64,000 bases of DNA. It comes from Camelus ferus. Its lineage: Eukaryota. The stretch is from positions 109,928,001 to 109,992,000 of the forward strand of contig NC_045696.1 of the NCBI RefSeq assembly GCF_009834535.1, read 5' to 3'. Below, one piece after another: positions 1 through 11,510 of the stretch (position 1 is its first letter; the number at the start of each line of letters is the position of its first letter). The translations under genes were made by a program, and so were the position numbers. The notes beneath the pieces are model-generated. The model was not told the origin of the DNA. It made no database searches and saw only the letters and a list, made by a program, of their open reading frames with translations.

Positions 1-1028
1 GTGGGTTGATATGTCAAATTAATCTCTTTCAACTTGTAGATTTCCCCATCTCCCTTTTTTCCCTCTTGCGATTTTTGCTTGTTGAAAAAATTGGATGTTT
101 GGTCCTGTAGTTTCTCACAGTCTGAATGTGCTGATTGCATCTCTGTGCTGCCAGTTTACGCATTCATCTGATCTCTGTGTTTCCTGTAAACTAGGAGTTC
201 TATCTTGAGGCTTAATCACTTGTAATTTTCTTTTTTCTTTTTACTTTTTACTTTTTTTTCCTCTTGGCATGACTACTTCATAGGTGATGTTTTGTGCTCC
301 ACCAGAGGGTGTGTGTCTGCTGGTCCCTCTTTTCGTGATATTAGCATCCATTTGATGATTGCTATTGCCTAGATCTAGTATTTTATTATGGTTTCAAAAT
401 GGTGATATTCAAAGCTTGTTTTATGAATTCATTTTAATGATAAATGTAAATAAAACTCATAATTACATTATTACCTGTTCTTTGGCTGTAATAGTTTATA
501 AAAAGACATTTCCTTTTTTCCACTCTGTTTTATTTTTTTAACCATGATGTAATTACAAGTCTTATAGGAAAGACAGGAAAAATGCCTGGTTCTTCCTCAT
601 TATCTACCAGTTTTCATAAAAAATGAGATGGTTTCCCAGCTGACTCCAAGGTAACTAATTAGTGAGATTTTGGGGGAGGGGTGTTATACTGAACTCAGAG
701 ATTTCAACATATTTGATGTGTTTCAATCTATCGTAGTTAATATTCTTATTGACTATTAGCCATCTTTAACTAGTGTGAGTTTGTTCTAATGGCTCTTAAG
801 TCCTTAAATGTTTCTCTAGTAGTTCTTTATAGTTTTCTTGGTTTCTCAGACTCCTCTTATATATTTCCTGCCCCCAAACCTAAATCCAGCTATTTCCTTA
901 TGGAGTTTCTGTTCTTGTAGTGAAAGATGGTGCTTAGAGCAAAATCTCAGGCTAAAAATGCTCAGTACCACTGGGCTGACTGTCGTTTCTAGGTCTTTAA
1001 CTAACTAGGGCTAGGAAATGAGTGTGTG

Positions 1029-1041
1029 TATATATATATAT

Positions 1042-1083
<42 letters not shown>
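1029..1083. repeat. (TA)n microsatellite, interrupted
   Basis: Seen directly. Confidence 0.95.
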
Positions 1084-3004
1084 TTATTTATTTTATATTG
1101 ACATACATTGTGATTTTATACTGATAATTCCAATTCAAATTCTGGACTAAAGAATTGTCACTAAACTTTATCAGTCTCACAACTGTCCCCTTTCACTCAC
1201 ATTAAAAGTCTCAGTTCTCAATGACACAAATATAATGATTCTTTTGCTCTGTCCCACAGCATGCTCGCACACAAAGACACACACACACATATCCCAGTGT
1301 CAGAATGAATAATACTAACCTACCACCCACAACATAATTACTGAAATGATGTAAGATCCTTTTTGCAGTCCTCTTTTGCATCCCACGAGGGATGTACAGT
1401 AAAAATTACCATGGTTTAAAAAGTCACTTGGAATAGTTCTTCTCTGTGTGATTATACCATCAGTTTGATACATAGTTGGATTCATTTGTTGCCTTCTCTT
1501 TTTGATTTTTAGGGCTTGCTTTTTCAGATTTAATTTTGTTTTAGAATTCTGTAAAATGTTTGCATGGTTCCAAAGTCACCTCCACATAACAAGAGAGATT
1601 AAAACAACTTTAGTGTCTATTTCTTTTCCCTCTACTCTTCTCCTGTAAGTGATCATTTAAAAACATTCATAGTTTGATTTTTCCACTTTTTCAATTATAA
1701 GCAAATACATATGCATATAGTCATATCCCTTCCTCTTTCTTAGATAAGTGGTAAAATGACATCCCACTCCACCTTGCTTTTTATCTCAACAGCATATCCT
1801 GGAGATTATCACTCCATAATAGTTATAGAGCTAGTCCTCATTCCTTTTGCAGATATATCATTGTTTTATTCAACTAGCCCTCTATTGATAGGTATTTGGG
1901 GTGTTTCCAGTCTTTTGCCATCATTCATAGAACTGAAATAAATGGTCTTATGCATACTTCTTGTTCAGGTTTTCGCCAGCATGTCAGTGGGAGAGATTCT
2001 TAGAAGTGGGACTGCTGGATCAAATTACATATACAGAAATGAATATAAATTTGTCTCGATATTGTCAAACTCCTCTCCACTAGAGGTGGTAACATTTTAT
2101 TCTCATCAGAACTGTATGACCTTGCCTATTTCCCTACGGCTTCACCCACAAAATAGATTGACCTACTTGTGGAGTTTTGACAATGGTATCTCAAGTAAGT
2201 TTTTGTTTTGTTTTATTTTTTGTATTTCTCTGTTATGAGTGAAGTTGAGCATCCTTTTATATGGTTAAGAATCATCTTCATTTATTTTTATGTCAACTGT
2301 CTGTTCATATCTCTAGCCTATTTAAAAATAAGAATGTTGCTGGCATTTTTTTTAAACCTCAGATTTTAAATGCTGCTTATAGATCAGGGATATTAACCCT
2401 TCGTATTCTAAGTTGCAAATACTTCTTTTTTAGTTTGTCATTTATCTTTTAGTTTTGCTTATGGTGTTATTTTGCAATGCAAATTCGAAAGTTTTTGGTA
2501 ATCATGTTTATTTTTGGTAATCAAATTTTAAATATTGATAACAATGTTTAAAACAGAATCAACAAATTACTTTTGGACTTTGAACTATATCAAGGAAAAA
2601 TGTTCCCACCCCAGGTTATAAAGGAATTCACCCATACTTTCTACTTGTATGACTTCCTGTTTTACTTTTAAATCTAGGATACACTTGGAATTGATCTGAG
2701 GGTACAGTGAGGGATAGATCCAATTTTATTATTTTTGTTATGACGAAAATAATATATATTTTTTTATATATAAAAAATATATCCAGTTGTCTGAATACCA
2801 CTTACTGAAGAATCCTCTGTTGGTTCCAAATGCTGCCTCTATCAATACTAAATTTCCATCAGCAGTGGTGCCTACTTTTGAATCTTGTCTTCTGTCCCAT
2901 TGGCCTTTCTGTCCTTCATGTGCCAGTACAAAACTGCCTTAATGATCAAGACTTCCTAGTATATTTTATTATCTGGGAGAACTCCCCTTCCCCTTGCTCT
3001 TCTG

Positions 3005-3137
3005 TTTTTTTTTTTAAATTAAAGAAATTTTTTTAACCTTTTTTTTCAGTGAGGGGGTTAACGGAGGAACTGAGGATTGAACCCAGGACCTGGTGCACGC
3101 TAAGCACATGCCCTACCACTGAGCTATATGGCCTCCC
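3005..3137 (-). mobile_element. Vic-1-type tRNA-Ala-derived SINE
   Basis: ggattgaacccaggacc...gctaagcac...taccactgagctata is the reverse complement of the SINE head; T-rich tail on the left. Confidence 0.85.
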
Positions 3138-3749
3138 ACTCCCCAGGCTCTTCTTTTTCAGTTTTCCTTTTTGGTTCTTCTTGCCTTTTTGTTTTTACAA
3201 ATGAAATTTATAATAAGCCCATCTAATTCTAAAAAAAAAGAAAAGTCCCAACTATGGTATTTTTAAAATTAGGATTGCATGAAGTTTATAAATTAATAGA
3301 GAGAACTGACATCTTTATGCTATTGAGTCTTTATATTTGAGCACATGGTACTTCTTTCCAATTGTGTCCGTCAGGAGGGGTTTATGGTGGCCTCATACAG
3401 ATGATGGACATTTCCTGTTAAGTGTATTTAAAGGCATTTTATTTATTTATTTATTTTTTGCTATCATAAATGAGATTTCCCCTTCCATTATATTTTTTGG
3501 GGATGTTTATAGATATGAGGGGCTTTGATCTTTAATGTGTTTTTATAACCTGCTACTTTACTGAAATCATGCGGTTGCTTATTGTGCAGTTTTCACGTGG
3601 ATCCTTTTCGGCTTTCCAGAAAGACCAATGTTTTCCTTCTTTTGTTTCAATTCTTGGTGTTTTCCAATTGCTTTCTCTTGTCTAATTGCATTGACTACTA
3701 CCTCTGATCACTGTTACATACTGGTAGAGAGAGTAGGCATCCTTTTCTT

Positions 3750-3761
3750 TCCTTTCCTTTC

Positions 3762-3845
<84 letters not shown>

Positions 3846-3974
3846 TTTCTTCTCTCTCTACTTATCTATTTATTTATTTACTTATTTTTAATTGAATTAG
3901 AGTCAGTTTCTGTTCTACCGCATACTTGTGCATACATACATTCGTTTTCATATTCTTTGTCATTATAGGTTATT
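3750..3974 (-). mobile_element. Very short young L1 3' end whose A-tail has become a (TTTC)n/(ATTT)n microsatellite
   Basis: ttttaattgaattagagtcag...cgttttcatattc...ggttatt matches the family at 42349 and 63171. (TTTC)n ~3760-3850. Imperfect TSD gcatccttttctt / gcatctttctttt. Confidence 0.75.
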
Positions 3975-5400
3975 GCATCTTTCTTTTTAATTTCTGCAGG
4001 AAGGCCACTAGTGACTTTTCTTCTTAGAGATAATTTATCATTCAAGGAAGTCTCCAAACATCCTCCTCATCCAGATGAGGAATCAAGACAGAGAGAGATC
4101 AAGGAAGAGCTGGCCTCGGGGTCATGAGGGGCCTGAGTTTGACCTCCGGGCTCTCTGGCTTCAAAGTCTCCCGCCTTTGCAGCACACCTCCTAGACTCCC
4201 CGTCCTCTTCCTCAGCATGGACCTTACGTTTTAAGAGCTCTTAAGAGGTTTAAGACTGTCTGAGCTTGGCATCTGGGGAGGGCAAAGAAAGAGGCCTCGA
4301 GTGACAGGACTCAGTCTCTCCCCTCTTTCCTTGAGCAGTTTTGCTCTCTCCCAGACACTGTATGGAGCAAAAGAAGAGCCCCCAGGAAATCAGCTTCAAA
4401 AGCAGCTTAGTGACCACCTGTATTCCTCGACCAAGAGCCTCAGACCTCCTTCCCCTCCCCTGCTCTGTCCGTCTGAGTATTTCTTCCAATCTCATACACC
4501 ACTTGCCCTCAGAGGAATTCTCCTCAATCCATTTCTCTCTGTGTAGTTACATTTCTAATGATATTTCAGTGTCCTTTATAGATTGGCTAACGGAGTAACT
4601 ACTTTACTGGCCTGCTCTCACCAGACAAATTGTATTTGTGGAGAAATAGACCGAGTAGTTTGTCTTGGGTAAATGTCTTCCGGCTTTTGCAGACACTGAA
4701 ACCGTTCATGGTTCTTTCTCCCTCTCCCTTGCAAGGACACCAGTTTCTGAATCATGAACAATGACCCTGCTGCCTTTCATTTTATGCAGGAAGGAGAGAT
4801 TAGTTCTTGTGCCTTTTTTTTTTTTTTTTTTTAAACCTGTGAGGACCACAGGTGTTATGGGGAGAGAAACCTGGCTCTGATCTAGATTGCCTTTTCCAGC
4901 AGTTTCCCCAAATAGGCGGATCCCCAGAATATGCCCCCCACCCCCACCCCGCAAGGACAGAAAGAGGGACTGTGAGTGGCAGGGAAAATATTCAAGTCAG
5001 GCTTAGCATCTTCCGGGCCCTGGACTCCGCTGCCCCCTGTGCTTGGAGACTCTGTGGCTAACCTCCGTCTCCACTCTCCTTTTATCTGTGGTTCCGAGGC
5101 AGGGAGGCTGACTAATTCCAAGCTTGCATTTGGCCTATTCAAGGATGAAAGGGCCTGATATGGTGGCTAGAACACATCATCGGTATCGCTCATTTGGCAA
5201 GAATAGTCAGAGAAAGGGCCACCTTCTGCCCAGCAGGGGGCTGCTGCCCGGGTCGTCCTTGGCCTCTGTGGCCACCACCTGTGAGTTTCTCCGTCTGTTT
5301 TTACTGCTTAGCAGAAGTGGCTGAGAAGTTCTAACATAGCTGAGGAGTGGAGAGAGCGGTTTGGACTTGAAAAGGAACTTTGTGTACATTTAACTCTAAC

Positions 5401-6228
5401 CAGGACCATAATTTTGTGGGCCCCAGTGCAAAATAAAATACAAGCTTCTCATTCAAAAAACAGGAAAAAATGGGGTCTTTTAAGGTGCTAAAATATACAG
5501 CCTGTTCCTTTCTTCTTGGTCTTTCTCTTGACCTGTCATGGTAATTTTTGCTATTTAATCTCGCAGTCCCTCGGGCACAGGGATACTCAGGGGGCAGGTG
5601 TGACCCTTGTAAGCACCTGGGGGGCCATGCCCCATGATCTGGGGTGCGTGTGGCCCACCACTACTGGGTTTCCCTTCCCTCCAGCCACTGGACGATGTGC
5701 CAGGTCCTGGCCAGGGCGGGGAAGTCCAGCCAGACATCTTCCTTCCCCACAGACCAGCCACCCTAACTCATGGAGGACAAGTGACCCCCAAGAGTACTGA
5801 ACCTCAGTGCCACTCTGTAGGCCTCTGGATCAAAGGTGGGCAAGAAGTGCTCCCTCTCCCTGCTGGATGCACTGTAGCGCTGCCAACCCTGGATCCACGC
5901 CCCACCCTAAGCTGCTTCCCTGGCCCTCCCTGCACCTGCGACCAAAGCTTTGCTGGGAGTGGGGTAAGGAGTGGAGATCCAGAAGGGCCTGGGGCTTCTG
6001 TGGGAGTGGGACTGGGCTGTCCCAGGGAGAGTGGGAAATGGGACCCCATTTGAGTCGAGGCTTCAACTCCCCGACACAGGCTCCACTGTGCCGTTGGACT
6101 TCACTTACAAAACACAAATGCAGAGACACAGCTAGTGAGAGCTTCAAGATGGTGGCTGCAGAGCCTTAAACCCCAAGGAGCTGGGGCCCCACAGGGCCAC
6201 GTGGGTTCAGGCCACGCAGCTGGCCCTG
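5401..6228. mobile_element. MER45-like hAT-Tip100 DNA transposon, both ends present
   Basis: Termini CAGG...CCCTG; internal ttgtgggccccagtgcaaaat and ggacttcacttacaaaacacaaat; 8-bp TSD actctaac (5393-5400) / actctgac (6229-6236). Confidence 0.85.
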
Positions 6229-7854
6229 ACTCTGACCCCAGGTCCTCTAAAGGCTCGTACGCGTCTACAGTGAATGGGGGTGGAGATGGTGTCCCCAGGG
6301 CTGCTCTCCGGACCCAGTTGGTGTAAACCCCCTGCGCCCGGAGCTGGGTTGCTTTCTATGCTGTGGCTTTTTGCACAGTGACAGCAATCCCTTCTCCCCC
6401 CTCACCCTTTTCCTTGTTTTTCTGGAAGTGTGCCTTTGTGTCCTCACAGTAGGTGGGTGGAAGCTCTTGGTGGGGGCGGGCAGGGCTGCGGGAGATTCCA
6501 GGGCAGGGCCCCTTCCCAGGAGGGCTCGGGGCTGTCTCTGTGTTCGCCAGGAGGGCAGACCCTATCCCTGTCCAACCCTTTTGTCGCTTTTCTTGAAGAA
6601 CTACAGAAGTAGACATACAAGGAAGTTATGCTTGTCCCTTACTCTGAATTTCCCCACTGCTCCCCAGCTGACGTGGACTTCCCAGCCCAACCTGCTCTCA
6701 AGTGACAGAGGTCCCTGTTCGCTCCTCTGTTTGAGCCCCGCCTAAAGGAGGAGGTGACATGTCTCTCTGGGACCCATCAGGGTTCAGTTACTGAGAACTT
6801 ATCCCAAGCCTCAGGCACAGTGTGGACCCTGAAGAAGCAAAGAAGATCAGGGAGGGCTTCACAGTGGAGGTGCCCTTGAACTGGACTTGAGGGATGAGGA
6901 GGAGTTCTGCCAGGTGCGCAAGGGGCGGGGGGTTGGTTGCAGAAGGAGGAAAATGGGCTGCCAAGGGGAGTGGGTAAGGGAGTGCTGTGAAGGGTAAGGA
7001 ATGCTGGGGCCAGGAGTTTGGAAAGATGGGTGGGAAGCTCCAAGCCCAGAGGTCCAAGTGAGGGTAGAGGAAGGGGAGCTTTGGGATCCTGGAGCCCAGG
7101 AACACTCAGCACAGTGGCTGCCCCCGAGGCCCTGTGAGCAGGAGGCAGCACTTTCTGAAATAGATGGTGGGGGGCAGTGTGGGGAGGGCGATGAGGGGGG
7201 TGCTGTTCTCTAGGCCGGGAAGGGGGAGGGGCCCGCGTGGGGTGGGTCCTTCCTGAGCTCTGTGGGGACCTGCTGGTGGGCAGGTCTAGGGCTTCATGAC
7301 CAGCGCCCAGGAAGGCAGGGGCCCCACTGCCCAGTGGGAAGGGCCTTGTTTCTCAGTTGCGCCTGCCATTTGGGGATGGATAGGGCTAAGGGGGAAGCTG
7401 TCTCCACAAAGATCTTGGGTGACGAGGGCGCTGTTAGGGGTGGGGGGGAAGGGGTCCCATTAAGGCTCCAAAGGGGGACCAGCCCTTGGCCTGAGGCCCA
7501 GCCCTCAGGGGATGGGCCCTCTGACGGGGGACGCCACGTTGCATGTGCACAGCCCTTCACAGCCTGCAGCCCCTCCCTCTTCACATCTTATTTCATTTCA
7601 TGCTCAGAGTGACCCTGAGAGGTGTGTATCCTTTTTGAAGATGGGGAAAGGCAGACACGAAGCAGATGAGTGGTTGGTCTAAGCAAGTGGCATTTGCTTG
7701 GATTTGAAGGGAGGTCCCACCATTGTTGGGCGTCGATGGTATACATGGCTCTAGGTATCTGCAATGCCAGGAAGGAACTGTCTTTCTAGGCTGTTAGCCG
7801 CTGATTTTACTAAACCCCCCTTAACAGTCCTGCACGGTAGATACAGAGATCTCC

Positions 7855-7965
7855 AAATTGCAAATGAGGAAACAAGCTCAGAGAAGTTAAGTCACTGAAC
7901 TAAAGCCACCCAGCTAGTAGGCAGCAGAGCCAACATCCCAATGCTAGTTCCCCTGACTCCCAGCT
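7855..7965 (-). mobile_element. MIR SINE fragment
   Basis: caaatgaggaaacaagctcagagaagttaagtcac...cagctagtaggcagcagagcc (MIR core). Confidence 0.75.
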
Positions 7966-9667
7966 TCTGCCCTTTTCACTTGCCTAAGTGAGCCTGGAGT
8001 GTGAGGTCCTAGACACGCAAATGCAACGGACAACACGGTAACTGCCACAGTGGATGCATGCACAGGCTGTCACAAGATCATAGAAGGAGCAGGAAGGCGT
8101 CTCAGAGGAGCAGTGAGGCTGAAGGTGAGTGATGTGTTCACGGACTCCCAGGTGGGTGGTGAGGCTGGGACAGGGGTGGCTTCGGAAGGGCCCTGTGGAC
8201 TGAGCCCAGAGTTGTGGATTATGTCCTATCAGTGATGAGGAGCCAGAGGGTTTGGGGCAGGGACATAATGCAGTCAGATCCCATGTGTCCAAAAGATGAT
8301 TCTGGTGACTGGGTGGAGAGACAGGGTGGAGAGCAGATACCAGCAAAGCCCTCTTACAGCCCTATGTGCAGACCTGGAGGCGGGCAGGCAGTGTGGGTCA
8401 GTTTTGCAACAGCAAAGAGGGAAAAATCCTGTGTATTTCTCAGATATGTAGAATTTTCTTTCGTTCTTTTGGAGGGAAAAGATCTAAACATGGCTGGAAG
8501 ACTGGACCGTGAGATACAGAAATAAGTCCATTTTACAGGTTGGTCTAACTGTATCTTCAAGTCCATGTTTTTAAAAAAAAAAATGAAGAAAAAGAGAACT
8601 CTGTATTCATACCTAGGATTTCACTTAGAGTCCCTTAAAAGGAAAATGACCCGCATTTGGGATTCTGACACTGGTGGTGGGGGTTGAATGTCTTGGCGTC
8701 CAGCCCGCAGCTCTGTGTATATACTGCTGTCAAGTTGTAGTTTCCCAGTCTGTGTCTACCTGCACGCAGGACCCATGCAACTTACTTATCTGCAGATTTG
8801 CTAGATTACCCACAGCATTATGGTACCCATTTCACAGGAAAGGAAACTGAGGGCTCAGAGAAGTTGTGTAAGTTGCCCAAGCCCTTGGAGCCAAACCAAG
8901 TCAATCTCTGTTGAGTATGGACTATGTTTTGTGGCCATACTTATTGACCTAGAAATTGAGATGCTTGACTTCTCATGAAAAGTCTGTGTGGCATCTGAAT
9001 GCAAGAAATTGTCTGACAGATGCTGAATATTGGAAGATCTGGGGATGTTCTGATGGGCTACAGGATACAAATATTTGGAACTAGCACTGTTGGAGAGAAC
9101 CCTGGAGGAATGGCTGCCTGAGATTTGCCTGCTTTCAGGCCCCAGACTGCTCTAAGATGGCTCTCTTGACAGTGCAGATGGACGTAGGCAGAACAGCAGC
9201 TCCGGGGGTAAAGTGGACGGGACAATATCGGATGTCATGTGTCCTGTGCTATCAGCCAGGCACCAGCCGGTGGGGAGGGAGAAGCAACCTGGGGTGAAAT
9301 GGGAGCTAGGAAGGACAAATGGGGAGCCCCTGAGCATGTCTGTCCAGCAGTACCCAGCCACACACAAAGTTCCATGACCTCCACTGGGGGCTGCGTGCTG
9401 GGCCCCAGGGTGCAGAGGGTCTGAGCTGGCAGTTCCCAGCTGGGCTAGAGGCTGATTTAGCTCAGAGGGATGCCAAGGCCAGCACTTGTGGGAGGAGGGG
9501 AGGAGAAGCCGCCCACAAAGAGACAGATGAGATGTGCAAAGCTGGCTGAAGCCCCAGCATCAGAACCACAGGCTGCAGGGCAGACATGACGGATGAACAC
9601 GGTGCCCTGCAGAACCACCCTGGAGAGCAGGTCCTGCCCAAGCAAGGGCAGAGGGGAAACATCTGCG

Positions 9668-10036
9668 TCCTGCTCTGGCCGATAACATAGCCCCTGGCCA
9701 CATGCGGCTATTTAAATTTAAATGAATGAAATTTGAAAGAAAAGAAAATCTTAGTTCCTCAGTCTCGTTAGCCACATGTCAAGTGCTCAATAGCCATAGG
9801 TTGCCACCAGGCCAGACGGTGCGGACATGGGACAGTTCCATCTTTGCAGGAAGTTCTATTTGAATGTAAGTTATCTCATTGGTACTTTTTCTATTGATTA
9901 CATATTGAAATAACCTTTAAACTATATTGAGCTAAATAAGATATACTAACTTCACCTGTTTCTCTTTACTTTTATTACTGTGGGTAGCAAACTTGTCAAT
10001 TACCTACATGGCTCAGATTTCTATCGGACAGTGCTG
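9668..10036. mobile_element. MER3/MER33-like hAT-Charlie DNA transposon remnant
   Basis: gccacatgcggctatttaaatttaaat...tagccacatgtcaagtgctcaatagcca; ends ctatcggacagtgctg. Confidence 0.75.
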
Positions 10037-10179
10037 TAAAGATGGGTACAGAAACCACCTCCGTTTATCCATCATTTTTAACACCACACCCATTCGCTGG
10101 TGTTCCGTTTGATGATGGCTATAAAAACTCTTTCTTAACACAAAAGTTACAGAGCCAGCCCAGGCTGATGGGACAAAAG

Positions 10180-10405
10180 CAAACTCGGGAGCCAAAAGAA
10201 TTCAGGTTCAAATTTCAGCCCCATCCCCCTTCTGGCTGTGAGATTTGGGGCACATTACTTCTTTGTGTCTCAGTTTTCTCCTCTAAAGACGCAATCTATG
10301 ACTGAACCACTGCGTGGCATCGCTTTGAACGCTGGAGGAGGTAGTGTCTGCAGAGGGCCTGGCGTGGGCCTGGCCCTGCATACAGCTCAGTAAAATGGTA
10401 GCCAT
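10180..10405 (+). mobile_element. MIR SINE
   Basis: ggttcaaatttcagcc...ctgtgagatttggggcacattactt...gtctcagttttctcctctaaa. Confidence 0.65.
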
Positions 10406-10581
10406 TGTCATCGTTGCTATCACTGTCATTGATATTTTTGGCATGAGAGTGTAAGGGTCAATTTCTCTGGCCTCAGACCACTCACTCCCCTGTCCCTTGC
10501 CTCAGCACTCTTGCTCTCTGATACTGACCCCCCGGAGATGGTGCAGCAGGCAGCTGTCAGCATCCTTTCCCAGGCACTCAC

Positions 10582-11070
10582 CTGCTGGCAGCTGCTGGCC
10601 CACGAGGCCCGGAGGGCACCCCAGCTTTCTGAGCGCGTAGCCTTGCTCTCCAGGTGCATCCGCAGCTGTGCCTCCAGCTCCTGGCTGACTTTCTCCAGGG
10701 CGTGCACCTTGGCCATGTATTCCACCAGGCAACCCCCCAGGTCCTCAACGGCACTGAGGTCCCTCTCCAGGCCAGGAGCGGGTGCCGTGGCCAGGCCTGA
10801 GCTCCGCAGGCCCTGCAGGAAGACACTGCTGATGCCCAGGGCCCGGCGGGTCACACGGGCACCCAGGCCACTTGTGGGCCCACTGGGTGTCATCCCTACA
10901 TAGACCCTGGGTGCTCGGACGAGACCACCCACGGTGATGGTCCTGGAGGCCGGGAGGCTGTCCAGGGAGGATGGTGACTGTGCTCCCCTGAAGGATGCCT
11001 TGTGCCTCTGGAGGGACATGCTGGAGCTGGTGCCCGCGGGCACTTCCACCACCACTCGCCTCGCGCTCAT
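10582..11070 (-). CDS. BFSP2: BFSP2 (phakinin/CP49) coding exon 1: head domain and coil 1A, 163 codons
   Basis: [11 protein letters not shown]...[20 protein letters not shown]...[37 protein letters not shown]...WASSCQQ matches recalled BFSP2 N-terminus. ATG at 11070-11068; phase-0 donor CAG|GTGAGT at 10582/10581; 489 nt. No later exons recognised in the window. Confidence 0.97.
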
Positions 11071-11400
11071 CACCCCTTCTGCCTCTGCTGTGCCTAGTGG
11101 GTTTACAGAGCCCAGTGGCTTTTGGTTTCCAGCCCCAGTGTCCCCGTGACTGGGCCTCTCTGGAAGCTTCCCTATGCCAAGGCTGCTTTGTCTGCTGTTT
11201 TCTATGAGTTTCCACCATTCACCAAGCTGAAAGGGAAACGGCCCGCCCAGGGCTGTGTGCAGAGAGGCGCTCATGCATTCTCCGCAGGGTCATGTGCCTG
11301 ACCTCCCAGATTTTTCTGCGGGTGGTGGGGAGGTTGGATCAGTGCAGGCCATTGGGGTGGCTCATCTGCTTGTGTATTTCACGAGCTAAGAGAGGGTTAG
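11071..11400 (-). promoter_or_regulatory. BFSP2 5'UTR / proximal promoter
   Basis: Repeat-free sequence directly upstream of the BFSP2 ATG, bounded by a MIR at ~11415; contains an HSE-like motif (11157-11171) and an inverted RGGTCA pair (11287-11304). TSS not determinable. Confidence 0.6.
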
Positions 11401-11414
11401 GCAGGCAGCCAGCA

Positions 11415-11510
11415 GCCCCATTTCACAGATGAGTAAACTGAGGCTCAGAGAGCTTAGATTGCAAGTACAGAGTGTGGCTGAGCCAGGACTGGCTCCAGGT
11501 GTTCCAGGGC
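11415..11510 (-). mobile_element. MIR SINE fragment
   Basis: ccccatttcacagatgagtaaactgaggctcagagag. Confidence 0.75.

Larger units (their letters stand above)
1..3720 (-). mobile_element. Mosaic of ancient L1M-type LINE-1 fragments
   Basis: T-rich antisense-L1 phrases, e.g. ttcttagaagtgggactgctggatcaaa (~2000), tccagttgtctgaataccacttactgaag (~2780), ctcttgtctaattgcattg (~3675). Interrupted by (TA)n and a SINE. Confidence 0.65.

Noticed and set aside
4231..4244. Perfect 14-bp palindrome TTAAGAGCTCTTAA
   Set aside because: A few such palindromes are expected by chance in 64 kb (64000/4^7, about 4).
10715..10745. BFSP2 lacks the intermediate-filament LNDR motif (has LGGC)
   Set aside because: Known normal divergence of mammalian CP49, not a lesion.
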